DNA from: Candidatus Multivoradales bacterium
GTDB lineage: Bacteria > Acidobacteriota > Thermoanaerobaculia > Multivoradales > Multivoraceae
Assembly: GCA_965223325.1 (NCBI GenBank)
Contig: CBDCWI010000001.1
Location: forward strand, 2,016,001-2,080,000
Reading direction: 5' to 3'
DNA length: 64,000 bases
Numbering within the stretch: the stretch's first letter is position 1; every line of letters starts with the position of its first letter. Below are positions 1 to 9,889 of the stretch, piece by piece. The position numbers were made by a program, and so were the translations under genes. The notes beneath the pieces are model-generated. The model did no database searches. It saw only the letters and a list, made by a program, of their open reading frames with translations, and had not been told where the DNA came from.

Positions 1-393
1 CGCATCCTCGCCGAGTTGGCTGCCGACCGTACCGTTCTCCTCTCGACTCACATCGTCGAAGACGTTGCGGTCTTGTGCCCGCATTTCGCGGTGATCAGGC
101 ACGGCAAGTTGGTTGCGCGCACGACCCCGTCTGAGGCAAGGCGACAACTCGAAGGCCAGATCTACGAAGGCCTCGCGACCAGCGCCGAGCTGGTGGACCT
201 GCGCCGCAACCGTCGCGTCACCCAGGCCTACCTGGTCGAGGGGCGCAACCTGGTGCGCCTCTTCGAACCCGGGGGCGAACCGCCACCGGGTTTCAGCGCT
301 GTACTACCGACGCTCGAAGACGCCTACCTGGTGATGATGCAAGACCACGACGAGGTCGTACCCCAGGGCGTGGCTTCTGACTCCCCGGCATGA
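1..393 (+). CDS. ABC transporter ATP-binding protein, C-terminal part (5'-truncated by window)
   Basis: Frame open from base 1 (RILAELAADRTVLLSTHIVEDV) with the ABC H-loop 'STH' and a typical C-terminal 'PTLEDAYL'; ATGA overlap with the next gene. Confidence 0.9.
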   Translation, partial: RILAELAADRTVLLSTHIVEDVAVLCPHFAVIRHGKLVARTTPSEARRQLEGQIYEGLATSAELVDLRRNRRVTQAYLVEGRNLVRLFEPGGEPPPGFSAVLPTLEDAYLVMMQDHDEVVPQGVASDSPA

Positions 394-3300
394 GTGGCAC
401 AACCGCCGCCAGCGTGCACACAGCAGCCCGCCTCGCCCCAGCCAGCGGCTTTTCTTTCCGCCGCCTGGCCGCCGTTTTGTGGCTCGAGCTGCAGAGCTAC
501 TTCAGGCGCCCAGCGCTGTGGATCCTGACGCTACTCCTGGTCCTGGTCAGCTGGGGCTTGACCAGCGGCAGCCTCACCATCAGCACCGGCGACTCCTCGG
601 TGGGTGGCACCAAGGCCTGGTTGAACGCCGAGTTCAATCTGGCGTTGATCCTGGTGCTGGTGAGCTCGTTGACCTACGCCTTCTTCGTCTCGGTGGGTGC
701 TGGCCTGAGTGTCCTCGGCGACGACGAGAACCGGGTCAGCGAGGTGATCCACACCACACCGCTACGACCGGCAGAGTATGTCTGGGGCAAGTTCGGCGGC
801 GTCCTTGCGGCGTTCTTGCTTGTCGCACTGCTTCACTTTCTGGCCTCGATCTTCTTCTACCAGCTCTGGCCGATCGAGAACCCCGAAGAGCTTCGCGGAC
901 CGTTCGAGCTCTCGAACTATCTGCGCCCCTTCGCGCTGTTCGTGGTTCCACTGATTCTCTTCTACGCCGGCATTGCCTTCGCCGTCGGCGAGCGCTTCCG
1001 GCGCCCGATCGTCGTCTTCATCGCGCCGACTGTGATCTTCCTGGCGTCGGGCTTCTTCCTGTGGAGCTGGTCGCCAAGCTGGCTCGACCCGAAGATCGAC
1101 CGGCTGCTCATGCTGATCGAACCGAGCGCCTATCGTTGGCTCAACAACACATGGCTCCAGCTCGACCGGGGAGTCGACTTCTACAACACCGCAGCCCTCG
1201 GCACCGATCTCACGTTCTGGCTCAACAGACTCTGGGTCCTGGCGGTTCCACTACTCGCCGTTTCCTCTTCGGTTCGACACCTGCGGACCGCAATCGCCGG
1301 TGACCAGCCGTCAGGCACCCGGCTGGGGCGTGCCTGGGCGCGCTTTCGCAAGAAGGACAACGCGGTTGAAGCGAAGCCCCCCACCGAGACGCACGGCGCC
1401 CTGACCCACGCCGCGAGTCCACTCGCGACCCTTCGCATGACCAGCACGCCGGTCAGTCTTGTGCGCACGCTCCTCGAGGTCGCCCGCGCCGAACTGCGCG
1501 AGCTGCGCGGCCAGCCGGGCCTCTACCTCTTCGTACCGCTGATCGTTCTGCAGATCGTTGGATCGTCGCTCGCACTGATCGGAGCGTTCGACACCCCACT
1601 CCTTCTGACCTCGGGCCGCACCGCCGTTTCGAGTTTCAACACCATCTCGCTTCTGGTGTGCCTGCTGCTCTTGTTCTACACCGTCGAGTCGTTGGTGCGC
1701 GAGTTGCGCACCGGGGTCTCGCCATTGGTCTACTCAGCCCCCATGCGCACCGCAGCGTTCCTGTTCGGCAAAGCGCTCGCGAACTCCTTCGTTGGCGTGG
1801 TGGTGGTTCTGGGGGCATTGGTTGGAGCCGTGATTGCGATTCTCGTGCAGGGCAAGGTACCGCTCGAGGGCTGGCCGTTCGTGCTGGTGTGGGGGATCCT
1901 GCTGCTGCCGACGTTTCTCCTCTGGAGCTCATTCGTGATCGTCCTGTTCGCCCTCTTGCGCGAGCGCTACACGACCTACGCCCTCGGCATCGCGGCTCTG
2001 GCAGCAACCGGATACTTCCAGCTCACCGGCAAGATGACCTGGGTCTACAACTGGAATCTGTGGGGAGCCCTGCGCTGGAGCGATATGGGCGCCTTCGAGC
2101 TCGGGCGCGGGGCGCTGGTGCTCAACCGCGTCATCGCGGTGACGCTCGCGGTTGGCTTTACCGCGCTGGCGATGCGCCTCTTCAGGCGTCGCGATCTCGA
2201 CGCCGGCCGCATTGCAGAGCGACTGCGCCCGATGAAGCTCCTGCGCACCGGCCTACGGCTGGCGCCCTGGTTCCTCATTCCCCTCGTCGCCGGCGTCATC
2301 CTGGCCTCGCAGGTTCGCAACGGCTTCCAGAGCGAGGCAGCCGAAAAGGCCGACAAGGACTACTGGCGAAAGAACCTCGCGACCTACCGCGACTTCGAGC
2401 TTCCCCGGGTGACCCATCTCGAGCTCGACATGAAGCTCGAGCCCAACGAGCGAAGTTTCGAGGTCGCGGGTACGTTCGGCTTTCACAACCACCTCGACGA
2501 AGAAATCCGTCTGATTCCCTTTACGGCGTCGCAAGGGCTCGAGGCCATCGCGTGGAAGATCAACGGCCACCCCGTCGAGCCCGAAGAACGGTCGCTACTC
2601 TTTGAGCTCCGCCCGCCCGAGCCTCTCCTGCCCGATGAGACCCTCACCGTGTCCTTCGAGACCGCCGGGGTCGTCAACAGGGGGACCACCAAGAACGGTG
2701 GCGGGGCATCGGTGTTCGCCCTACCCTCGGGCGTCGTCGTGCACGTCCTTGGGCCGAGCTTCATGCCTCTACCCGGCTTCATCGAAAGCATCGGAGTCGA
2801 CGACGAGAACGAATACGAGCCGCGCGAGTACGAGGACGACTTCTGGGAGAGCGAGCTCACGCCAGCGCTCGGCAACCCAACACCCTTCAGCACCCGTGCG
2901 ACCATCACCGCACCGGCTGAGTACACCGTCAACTCGGTTGGCGAGCTGGTGAGCGAAAGTGAGAGCAACGGCCAGCGCACGGTGGTCTGGCAGAGCGACT
3001 ACCCGGTCAAGATCTTCAACATCGTCGCCGGTCGCTGGGACGTCGCGCGCGGCGACGGCGTTGCGGTGTTCTACCACCCGGAGCACCACTACAACGTCGA
3101 CGAGATGGTCGCCGGCCTGGAGGCAGCCCGCGAGCACTACTCCGAGTGGTTCTATCCCTACCCATGGAAGGAGCTGAAGCTCAGCGAGTTCCCGGGTCTG
3201 GCGAGCTACGCACAGGGCTTCCCCACCAATATCACCTTCTCCGAAGACATCGGCTTCCTGACCGATAGTGACCCCAAAACCAACCTCGCCTTCATGGTTA

Positions 3301-4094
3301 CCGCCCACGAAGCGGCCCATCAGTGGTGGGGCAACCTGGTCACCCCAGGTGAGGGTCCCGGCGGCAACGTGATCTCGGAGGGAATGTCGCACTATTCAAC
3401 CCTCTTGCTGCAGGAAGAAGAATACGGCCTCGCCGGTCGCATCGAGCTCGCTAAACGTTTTGAAGAGCGCTACGGCGAGAACCGCAGCGTCGACTCAGAA
3501 CGGCCGCTGGTAAAGATCGACGGCTCGCGGACTGGCGACAACACAGTCACCTACGACAAGGGCGGTTGGGTGATGTGGATGCTCCACGACCTCATGGGGA
3601 GCGAAGCCGCCCTCGCGGGCCTGCAGGAACTCGTCCGCAAGGCGATTCCGGGTCCCGACCACCCGGTGCTACAGGATCTGGTCGAAACTCTCAGACCGCA
3701 CGCACCCGAGCCTGAGGCCTTTGCTGACTTCGTCGACCAGTGGTACTTCGATGTAGTGCTACCTGAATACCGGGTCTCTGATGCGCAATCCACCAAGAGC
3801 GGCGCGCAGTGGGTGACCACCGCCACCGTAGAGAACCGTGGCACCGGCCGGATGCCGGTCGAAGTTGCGGTAACCCGTGGGGAACGCTTCCCCGAGCAAG
3901 GCGAAGACGAAGACACCGACACCGGGAGCGGTGACGCCGAACCCTGGGAAGAGGCACGCACGACGATCACTCTCGGCGCCGGCGAACTCCAGGCCATCAC
4001 CATCACCTCATCCTTCGAGCCCCAGCAGGTCATCGTTGATCCCGACGTGAGAGTCCTGCAGCTCGATCGGAAGCGTGCCCTGGCCGAGCTCTGA
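390..4094 (+). CDS. ABC-2 type permease (two membrane blocks) fused to a C-terminal M1-family zinc aminopeptidase domain
   Basis: Two ABC-2-like multi-TM regions ('TTPLRPAEYVWGKF', 'SAPMRTAAFLFGK'); C-terminal HEAAHQWWGN...SEG zinc motif and 'YDKGG' catalytic Tyr motif of M1 peptidases. Confidence 0.9.
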   Translation: MSGTTAASVHTAARLAPASGFSFRRLAAVLWLELQSYFRRPALWILTLLLVLVSWGLTSGSLTISTGDSSVGGTKAWLNAEFNLALILVLVSSLTYAFFVSVGAGLSVLGDDENRVSEVIHTTPLRPAEYVWGKFGGVLAAFLLVALLHFLASIFFYQLWPIENPEELRGPFELSNYLRPFALFVVPLILFYAGIAFAVGERFRRPIVVFIAPTVIFLASGFFLWSWSPSWLDPKIDRLLMLIEPSAYRWLNNTWLQLDRGVDFYNTAALGTDLTFWLNRLWVLAVPLLAVSSSVRHLRTAIAGDQPSGTRLGRAWARFRKKDNAVEAKPPTETHGALTHAASPLATLRMTSTPVSLVRTLLEVARAELRELRGQPGLYLFVPLIVLQIVGSSLALIGAFDTPLLLTSGRTAVSSFNTISLLVCLLLLFYTVESLVRELRTGVSPLVYSAPMRTAAFLFGKALANSFVGVVVVLGALVGAVIAILVQGKVPLEGWPFVLVWGILLLPTFLLWSSFVIVLFALLRERYTTYALGIAALAATGYFQLTGKMTWVYNWNLWGALRWSDMGAFELGRGALVLNRVIAVTLAVGFTALAMRLFRRRDLDAGRIAERLRPMKLLRTGLRLAPWFLIPLVAGVILASQVRNGFQSEAAEKADKDYWRKNLATYRDFELPRVTHLELDMKLEPNERSFEVAGTFGFHNHLDEEIRLIPFTASQGLEAIAWKINGHPVEPEERSLLFELRPPEPLLPDETLTVSFETAGVVNRGTTKNGGGASVFALPSGVVVHVLGPSFMPLPGFIESIGVDDENEYEPREYEDDFWESELTPALGNPTPFSTRATITAPAEYTVNSVGELVSESESNGQRTVVWQSDYPVKIFNIVAGRWDVARGDGVAVFYHPEHHYNVDEMVAGLEAAREHYSEWFYPYPWKELKLSEFPGLASYAQGFPTNITFSEDIGFLTDSDPKTNLAFMVTAHEAAHQWWGNLVTPGEGPGGNVISEGMSHYSTLLLQEEEYGLAGRIELAKRFEERYGENRSVDSERPLVKIDGSRTGDNTVTYDKGGWVMWMLHDLMGSEAALAGLQELVRKAIPGPDHPVLQDLVETLRPHAPEPEAFADFVDQWYFDVVLPEYRVSDAQSTKSGAQWVTTATVENRGTGRMPVEVAVTRGERFPEQGEDEDTDTGSGDAEPWEEARTTITLGAGELQAITITSSFEPQQVIVDPDVRVLQLDRKRALAEL

Positions 4095-4197
4095 GGAACC
4101 GTAGCTCGGAAGCTCCTCGCTGTAGAGTGCTGTCAGAACCAAGAAGCCGTTTCTCGACCGGCGCTCCCTCGGCGCCCGGTACCACCTGGAGAATCTC

Positions 4198-6078
4198 ATG
4201 CTGAAACTGCGAACTCACCGCTCATGCAGAAGCCTCACCTCGACTGATTTCCGTCTCTCCCTGGCGCTTGCGATTCTCTTCCTGGTCGCTGCCGCCTCGC
4301 ACGCCTCCGCCGCAGCCGACGCCGGCTCTCTGCTCGACGGCTTCGACGAGCAGGTCGAAGGGTGGATGAAGGAGTGGAAAGTCCCCGGGCTCGGAGTCGC
4401 GATCGTCAAAGACGGTGAAGTCGTTCTCGCCCGCGGCTACGGCTACCGCAATCTCGAAGATCGGGTCCCAGCAGACGAAAACACCCTCTTCGCAATCGGC
4501 TCGAACAGCAAATCGTTCACCGTCACCTTGCTTGGCGCTCTCGCCGAGGAGGGCAAAGTCGACTGGGATACCCCCATCCAGCAGTACCTGCCCGACTTTC
4601 GCATGCACGACCCTTTTGCAACCGCCGAGATGACGGCACGTGATCTGGTCACCCACCGCTCCGGGCTGCCCCGGCACGACCTCACCTGGTACGCCACCGG
4701 GCGTTCGCGGGACGAGCTCTTCGAGCTCCTCGAACACCTCGAACCAACCAAGCCCTTCCGCTCCACCTACCAGTATCAAAACCTGATGTTCATGACCGCC
4801 GGGTACTTGGCCGAACGGCTCACCAACCGCAGCTGGGAAGAGCTCGTCAACGAGAAACTCTTCGACCCAATCGGCATGGAACGCTCGAACTTTTCGGTCG
4901 ACGCCATGCAGAAGGACGCAAACTTCTCCTACGCCTACAGCCACCGACCCGAGCAGGAGATCGAGCGCATCCCGTTCCGCAACATCGACGCGATCGGCCC
5001 CGCCGGCTCGATCAACTCCTCGGCCGCTGAGATGGCCAAGTACATCCAGTTCCATCTCGACTACGGCCGCGTGGGTGACAAGCAGGTGATTTCAGAGAAC
5101 ACCGCCCGCCAGATGCAAAGCCCACAAATGCCGATCACCGGCCCGCAACTCGCCGCCCTGTTCAGCGGCGCCGACGAGGGCGTCTTCGGCGACCCGTCGT
5201 ATGGCATGGGGTTGATGGTCAGCAGCTACCGCGGTCACAAGCACGTCAGCCACGGCGGCGGAATCGACGGTTTCATCTCGGCGATGAACTGGCTGCCGCA
5301 CGACGACATTGGCATCGTCGTGCTTTCGAACACCAACGGCAGCGGTGTGGTGCCAACGCTGGTCGTGAGGAACGCCTTCGATCGCCTACTCGGCCTCGAG
5401 CCCATCGACTTCGCCGCCACGCAGCGAGAGCGCGAAGCCAAGGCGAAGACCGACTCCGACGAGAAGAAGGCGAAAGACGACGCAGATCGCAAAAAGGACA
5501 CCAGGCCGTCGCACGCCCTCTTTGACTACAGCGGCACCTACGCACACCCTGCCTACGGCGCCGCGACAGTCACTTCCCGCGACGATCAACTGCAAATCGC
5601 AGTCGTCGGGTTCGAGGTACCCCTCGAGCACTACCACTACGACGTGTTCGAGGTGCCCGAGGGGCTAGAAGGCGACGCCGCGTCACTCGAAGGGACCAAG
5701 GTCCAGTTCCTCTACGACAAGCGCGGCACCGTCGACCGCGTCACCGTGCCACTCGAGCCGAACCTTCCCGACATGATCTTCGAACGCCAACCGAACGAGG
5801 AGATGTCCGACCCCGACTTCCTGGCGAAGTTTGTGGGCACCTACGAGCTGGAAGGGCAAACCGGCGAGATCGCGTTGCGCACCGACAACACTCTGACTCT
5901 TTCCTTGCCGGGCCAGCCCACCTGGACGCTCTCACCCGAGCAAGGCACCAGCTTCACCATCGACACGCTACCGGGTTTCCACGTCGAGTTCGGCCTCGAA
6001 GAGGGCGCGGAGCACGCCGAGACGGTGACCTTCATCCAGCCCAACGGAACGTTCGTCGCCACCCGCAAGCAACCATAG
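4198..6078 (+). CDS. Secreted serine hydrolase, beta-lactamase/AmpC family, with C-terminal DUF3471-like domains
   Basis: Signal peptide; 'FAIGSNSK' (SxxK), 'LVTHRSGL', 'YQYQN' (YxN), 'HGGGIDGF'; C-terminal 'YSGTYAHPAYG'; GGAG RBS. Confidence 0.9.
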   Translation: MLKLRTHRSCRSLTSTDFRLSLALAILFLVAAASHASAAADAGSLLDGFDEQVEGWMKEWKVPGLGVAIVKDGEVVLARGYGYRNLEDRVPADENTLFAIGSNSKSFTVTLLGALAEEGKVDWDTPIQQYLPDFRMHDPFATAEMTARDLVTHRSGLPRHDLTWYATGRSRDELFELLEHLEPTKPFRSTYQYQNLMFMTAGYLAERLTNRSWEELVNEKLFDPIGMERSNFSVDAMQKDANFSYAYSHRPEQEIERIPFRNIDAIGPAGSINSSAAEMAKYIQFHLDYGRVGDKQVISENTARQMQSPQMPITGPQLAALFSGADEGVFGDPSYGMGLMVSSYRGHKHVSHGGGIDGFISAMNWLPHDDIGIVVLSNTNGSGVVPTLVVRNAFDRLLGLEPIDFAATQREREAKAKTDSDEKKAKDDADRKKDTRPSHALFDYSGTYAHPAYGAATVTSRDDQLQIAVVGFEVPLEHYHYDVFEVPEGLEGDAASLEGTKVQFLYDKRGTVDRVTVPLEPNLPDMIFERQPNEEMSDPDFLAKFVGTYELEGQTGEIALRTDNTLTLSLPGQPTWTLSPEQGTSFTIDTLPGFHVEFGLEEGAEHAETVTFIQPNGTFVATRKQP

Positions 6079-6089
6079 AGGCCAGCGAC

Positions 6090-6431
6090 TCAGGTCAGCT
6101 CGAGGAGGTCTTCGACCGGTCTCCCGAGGACGGCCCGGTCGTCGAGAACGGCGATCGGCCGTTGCAGGAGAGTCGGGTGCTGAGCCATGGCGGCGATGAT
6201 CTCGCTTTCCGGCTCGTCGCCGGTCAGCCCGAGGCCGCGATTGGCCGCATCGCGCTTTCGAAGAACCGCCGCAGCAGGGCTGCCGAGCTTGCCGAGGACC
6301 GATTCGATCTCGGCCTCGGAGAGCGGCTCATCGCGGTACTCGCGGTACCGGTAGCTGGCGCCCGCGTCGTCGAGCAAGGCGACCGCCTTGCGACAGGTGC
6401 TTCAAGTGCGGGTACAGATGAGCTCGATCAT
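6090..6431 (-). CDS. ArsC/Spx-family thioredoxin-fold oxidoreductase, predicted selenoprotein (in-frame UGA = Sec at codon 10)
   Basis: ATG at 6431 overlaps the kinase stop (ATGA) with GGAGG upstream. It reads MIELICTRT-UGA-STCRKAVALLDDAG..., in frame with the tracked 6090-6377 ORF. UGA (6404-6402) sits at the first Cys of the family CSTCRKA motif; 'LLQRPI' and 'GRP' ArsC motifs follow. Confidence 0.88.
6374..6391 (-). promoter_or_regulatory. Bacterial SECIS-like hairpin
   Basis: On the minus strand GCAAGGC-GGUC-GCCUUGC is a perfect 7-bp stem with a G-initial GGUC loop starting 17 nt after the UGA; extendable by GUCG/CGAC pairing. Confidence 0.75.
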
Positions 6432-8320
6432 TCGTAGTCCTCCATCTCAGGATCGATGTCGCACTTTTTCTTTTCAGCCTCGGGATCCATGAACGCCAGG
6501 ACCCAGATGGTCGGGTACTTGGGATGGGTGATCATGACCTCGTAGCGACCTGGCTCGGGCCGGTATTCATCCCCGCCGCCTGACCCATCCCAGTCGTCGG
6601 CCTCACCGAGCAGGGTTCCGTTGACGGTGATCAGCGCTTCCTCGGGATCGACATGAAACTCCATATAGCTGCGGCAGGCGTACTCTTCGACGAACTCGAC
6701 GTCGGGCGGGGCAACGATGCGATCGGTGGTTGGCGTGGCGTCCGACGGGGTCGTCGCCGGCGCCGGTGGAATCAGCGCTGGAGTCGCGAGTCGCGCAGCG
6801 CGATCGCTTGACTCCTCGGCCGACTCTTCGGTTGCTGGAGCCAGCGAGCTCACTGGACCGGGTGATGCGGCTGTCGCACTTCGGAGGACCGGAGGCTGAG
6901 GCTTCGAAGCGGTGGGCTCGGCGCGCTGGGCGGGCGGTGATGCGGCGACGATCGACGGTTGCCTCTCAGGCTCGCGGTCATGGTCTCGCGACTGCACCGC
7001 GGTCTCACTCGGAACATCAGCCGACCTCGGCGCCACGGGTTCTGGCTCGACATCGTCAAGCGCCGCGGTCACCCGAACCGGTTCTTCAGGAGTGTTGGCG
7101 GCGTCGTCTGCGACCGGTTCCACATTCGTCGCCTCGAGGGCCGACTCGTCAGGCGTTGCGACCGGCGTATCACCGGGCCCGCCCATCGCCGCGACCAGTC
7201 CAACGCCCAGGCTCGCCAGCAGGCCAACGATCGAAAGCAGACCGGCACCGCGCCGGGCCCAGACACCGCGCACGGACTCTGGACTGCGCTTCGAGAGCCA
7301 GCCTCGCAGGTTCTCGTCAAAGCGAACGAACGTACTGGTGAGAGCAGCCACCGTGGTGACTCGAGGCCCTGTGGCTGATGACGTTTCGCCGCCAGCGCGG
7401 GTCGTGCCAGACGTCACCATCGTCTTCAGCGAACCCTCGCTCGGCCGATTGGTCGAGCTTCGGGAGGCGAAGCGAATGTCTGCACCCAGCCCGGCATCGT
7501 ACGCAGCCTCGATGAGCGCCGTCTCGAAGGCAGCGCTGTCCTCGAAGCGATCTTCGGGATCTTTCGCGAGAGCTCGCAGGACAACACCCTCGAGCTCGGC
7601 TGGAACCGAAGACTCGAGATCGGAAAGCGGCCGCGGCTCCTCGTTGACGTGCTTGAACGCGACCGACATCGCATCGTGACCGTCGAAGACCGGCTCTCCG
7701 GTCAAGCACTCGTAGAGCAGGACCCCCAAGGAGTAGAAGTCGGACTGCGGCGAGACCCGGGCCTCCTGCAACTGCTCCGGCGCCATGGCGTAGGGAGTTC
7801 CGAGCACCATTCCGGTTTGGGTCTGGAAAGTGGCACCACTGACCTGGGCGACTCCGAAGTCCATCAACTTCACCGTGCCAGCCCGGTTGATCATCACGTT
7901 CGCCGGCTTGACGTCACGATGAATGACTCCGTGCTGATGCGCCATCCCGAGCGCCCGCGCCACCGAGATCCCAATATCGATCGCATGCGCAACGGCGAGC
8001 GGACCGTGCGCCAGGACATCTCGCACCGACGGGCCGTCGATGTACTCCATGATGAGAAAGAGCGTTCCGTCGGCTTCTTCGATGTCGTAGACGTGAACGA
8101 TGTTCTCGTGCGTGAGCCGAGCGATCGCCAGTGCCTCCTGGCGGAAGCGCTGCATCATCTCGCTACCCTCTGCCAGATGAGTGGGCAGCATCTTGATCGC
8201 CACCGAGCGTTCGAGCGACTCCTGGGTTCCGCGATAGACGACACCCATACCGCCTTTGCCTACCGCTTCATCGATGCGGTAGCGACCAATCGTCGTCCCG
8301 ATGCGTGGGTCCGTCGCCAT
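6428..8320 (-). CDS. Hanks-type Ser/Thr protein kinase with TM helix, Pro/Ala-rich linker and C-terminal PEGA-like domain
   Basis: GKGGMGVVY, VAIK, HRDVKPAN, DFG, GTPYAMAPEQ and DFYSLG motifs; hydrophobic segment at about aa 358-380; 'VDPEEALITVNG...G...PGRYEVMITHP' PEGA-like tail. Confidence 0.93.
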   Translation of the reverse strand: MATDPRIGTTIGRYRIDEAVGKGGMGVVYRGTQESLERSVAIKMLPTHLAEGSEMMQRFRQEALAIARLTHENIVHVYDIEEADGTLFLIMEYIDGPSVRDVLAHGPLAVAHAIDIGISVARALGMAHQHGVIHRDVKPANVMINRAGTVKLMDFGVAQVSGATFQTQTGMVLGTPYAMAPEQLQEARVSPQSDFYSLGVLLYECLTGEPVFDGHDAMSVAFKHVNEEPRPLSDLESSVPAELEGVVLRALAKDPEDRFEDSAAFETALIEAAYDAGLGADIRFASRSSTNRPSEGSLKTMVTSGTTRAGGETSSATGPRVTTVAALTSTFVRFDENLRGWLSKRSPESVRGVWARRGAGLLSIVGLLASLGVGLVAAMGGPGDTPVATPDESALEATNVEPVADDAANTPEEPVRVTAALDDVEPEPVAPRSADVPSETAVQSRDHDREPERQPSIVAASPPAQRAEPTASKPQPPVLRSATAASPGPVSSLAPATEESAEESSDRAARLATPALIPPAPATTPSDATPTTDRIVAPPDVEFVEEYACRSYMEFHVDPEEALITVNGTLLGEADDWDGSGGGDEYRPEPGRYEVMITHPKYPTIWVLAFMDPEAEKKKCDIDPEMEDYE

Positions 8321-8497
8321 TCCTCTACTCTTCGTTTCCGGCGTCCAGGATGCAGGAATACTGCGAACACCGCCCAGGAATACTACTTTGGATCACCCTC
8401 CGAGACGAAGCGCGACGGCACCTGGGGCACACCTGAGCCCTTGTTTTCGGCGTCCATCACCCCACCTGTGGCGAGCTGCGGAAGGCGGCGGCGCCGT

Positions 8498-9802
8498 CTA
8501 CTCTTCGATCGCCGCGTAGACCAGGGCGCGAACCTTGCCGTGATCATCGATGTCGCCAGCCGGAATGATCTGCGTCAAGTAGACGACCACCAGCTCCTCT
8601 CGCGGGTCGACCCAGTACGAAGAGTGATAGGCACCTCCCCAGGCGAATTCACCCACGGAACCGGGAGTCCCCCGTGCCCCCAGGTCGGTCAGGACCGAGA
8701 AGCCGAGGCCGAAGCCGGTTCCGGCTCCCCAGACGAACTTGTCGCCAATGTGGTTGGTGGTCATCAGCCGGACGGTCGAAGGTGCCAGGAGGCGATGCCC
8801 GTCGAGCGTTCCGCCGTTGGCCATCGCCTGCAGGAACCGCGCGTAGTCCGAAGCGGTCGATAGGAGACCCGCGCCGCCGGAAAAGCTCTTGCGCGGGCCG
8901 ACGACATAGTGACCCTGACTGAGCATCGTGCCTTCGTCAGGCGAGCGACCGATCTTTCCCTCGTCGGCGTAGTAGACCGTCGCCAGGCGATCGCGCTTCG
9001 CCTCCGGCACGTAGAAGAAGGTGTCGGTCATGCCGAGGGGCTCGAAGATTCGCTCGCGCAGAAAGTCGTCGAGTGGCATGCCCGATGCCACTTCGACCAC
9101 CGCACCCAGAACGTCGGTCGAGTAGCCATAGACGAACTTCTCACCGGGGTGAGACTCGAGGGGCAGCTCGGCCATTCGATTCACCGTTTCGACAACGCCT
9201 TCGTCGCGGTGAGCGAAGTACCAGCCCTGCATCTCGGCAGCGCCCCAACGGTCGGCGGCAACGCCACCACCGTAGCTCAGACCCGAAGTGTGAGTGAGCA
9301 GGTCACGGAGAGTGATCGCCCGCTTCGCTGGCACCAGGTCATAGCCGCCACCGGCACGCCCAACGGCGACCTGCATGTCGGCGAACGCCGGCAGGTATTT
9401 GTGCAGCGGATCACCGATGAGCACCTCGCCGTCTTCCTGGAGAATCAGAATCGCAGTACTCACCAGGGCCTTGCTCTGCGAGGCAATGCGAAAGATATCG
9501 CCGCGCTCCATGGGGTCGTCCGCCTCCACATCCCGATGACCAAAGGCGTGGTGTAAGACCACCTCCCCTCGCCGCGCGACCAGAACCACACCGCCGGCGA
9601 GCCGCCCCTCCTCGGCGTAGCCATCGAGAGCCTCCGCCAGCCGAGCCAGTCGTTCTGAAGACATGCCCACCGCCTCGGCCTTCGCACGCGGCAACTCCTT
9701 GGCAAGGAGGGGCGATTGCAAGGAAAAGGAAAACGCTGCCAGAACCACGGCCCCAGCGACGTAGTGGAGAAACCGACCAGCAGAAAGACGAGACGCGTTC
9801 AT
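8498..9802 (-). CDS. Secreted serine hydrolase, beta-lactamase-related esterase family
   Basis: Signal peptide; 'FRIASQSK' (SxxK), 'LLTHTSGL', 'FVYGYS', 'WGGAYHS' motifs. Confidence 0.9.
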   Translation of the reverse strand: MNASRLSAGRFLHYVAGAVVLAAFSFSLQSPLLAKELPRAKAEAVGMSSERLARLAEALDGYAEEGRLAGGVVLVARRGEVVLHHAFGHRDVEADDPMERGDIFRIASQSKALVSTAILILQEDGEVLIGDPLHKYLPAFADMQVAVGRAGGGYDLVPAKRAITLRDLLTHTSGLSYGGGVAADRWGAAEMQGWYFAHRDEGVVETVNRMAELPLESHPGEKFVYGYSTDVLGAVVEVASGMPLDDFLRERIFEPLGMTDTFFYVPEAKRDRLATVYYADEGKIGRSPDEGTMLSQGHYVVGPRKSFSGGAGLLSTASDYARFLQAMANGGTLDGHRLLAPSTVRLMTTNHIGDKFVWGAGTGFGLGFSVLTDLGARGTPGSVGEFAWGGAYHSSYWVDPREELVVVYLTQIIPAGDIDDHGKVRALVYAAIEE

Positions 9803-9889
9803 GCCAAGACCTCACCGAAAGTTGGAAGGGGAACCGCCATGCTACCCCCAGCAGCGAAACCCCTGGACCACCGTAGCGATGCGGGCACG

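Noticed and set aside
6090-6431. Arsenic-resistance operon, or a simple pseudogene reading of the ArsC-like gene
   Set aside because: No arsR/arsB/acr3 nearby; the stop falls exactly on the catalytic Cys with a SECIS-like hairpin, favouring Sec recoding.
7649-8863. 404-aa plus-strand ORF and similar long antisense ORFs (e.g. 24222-25199, 35012-36307, 37312-38394, 40321-41499, 53534-55234)
   Set aside because: Shadow ORFs opposite well-supported genes, expected in high-GC DNA.
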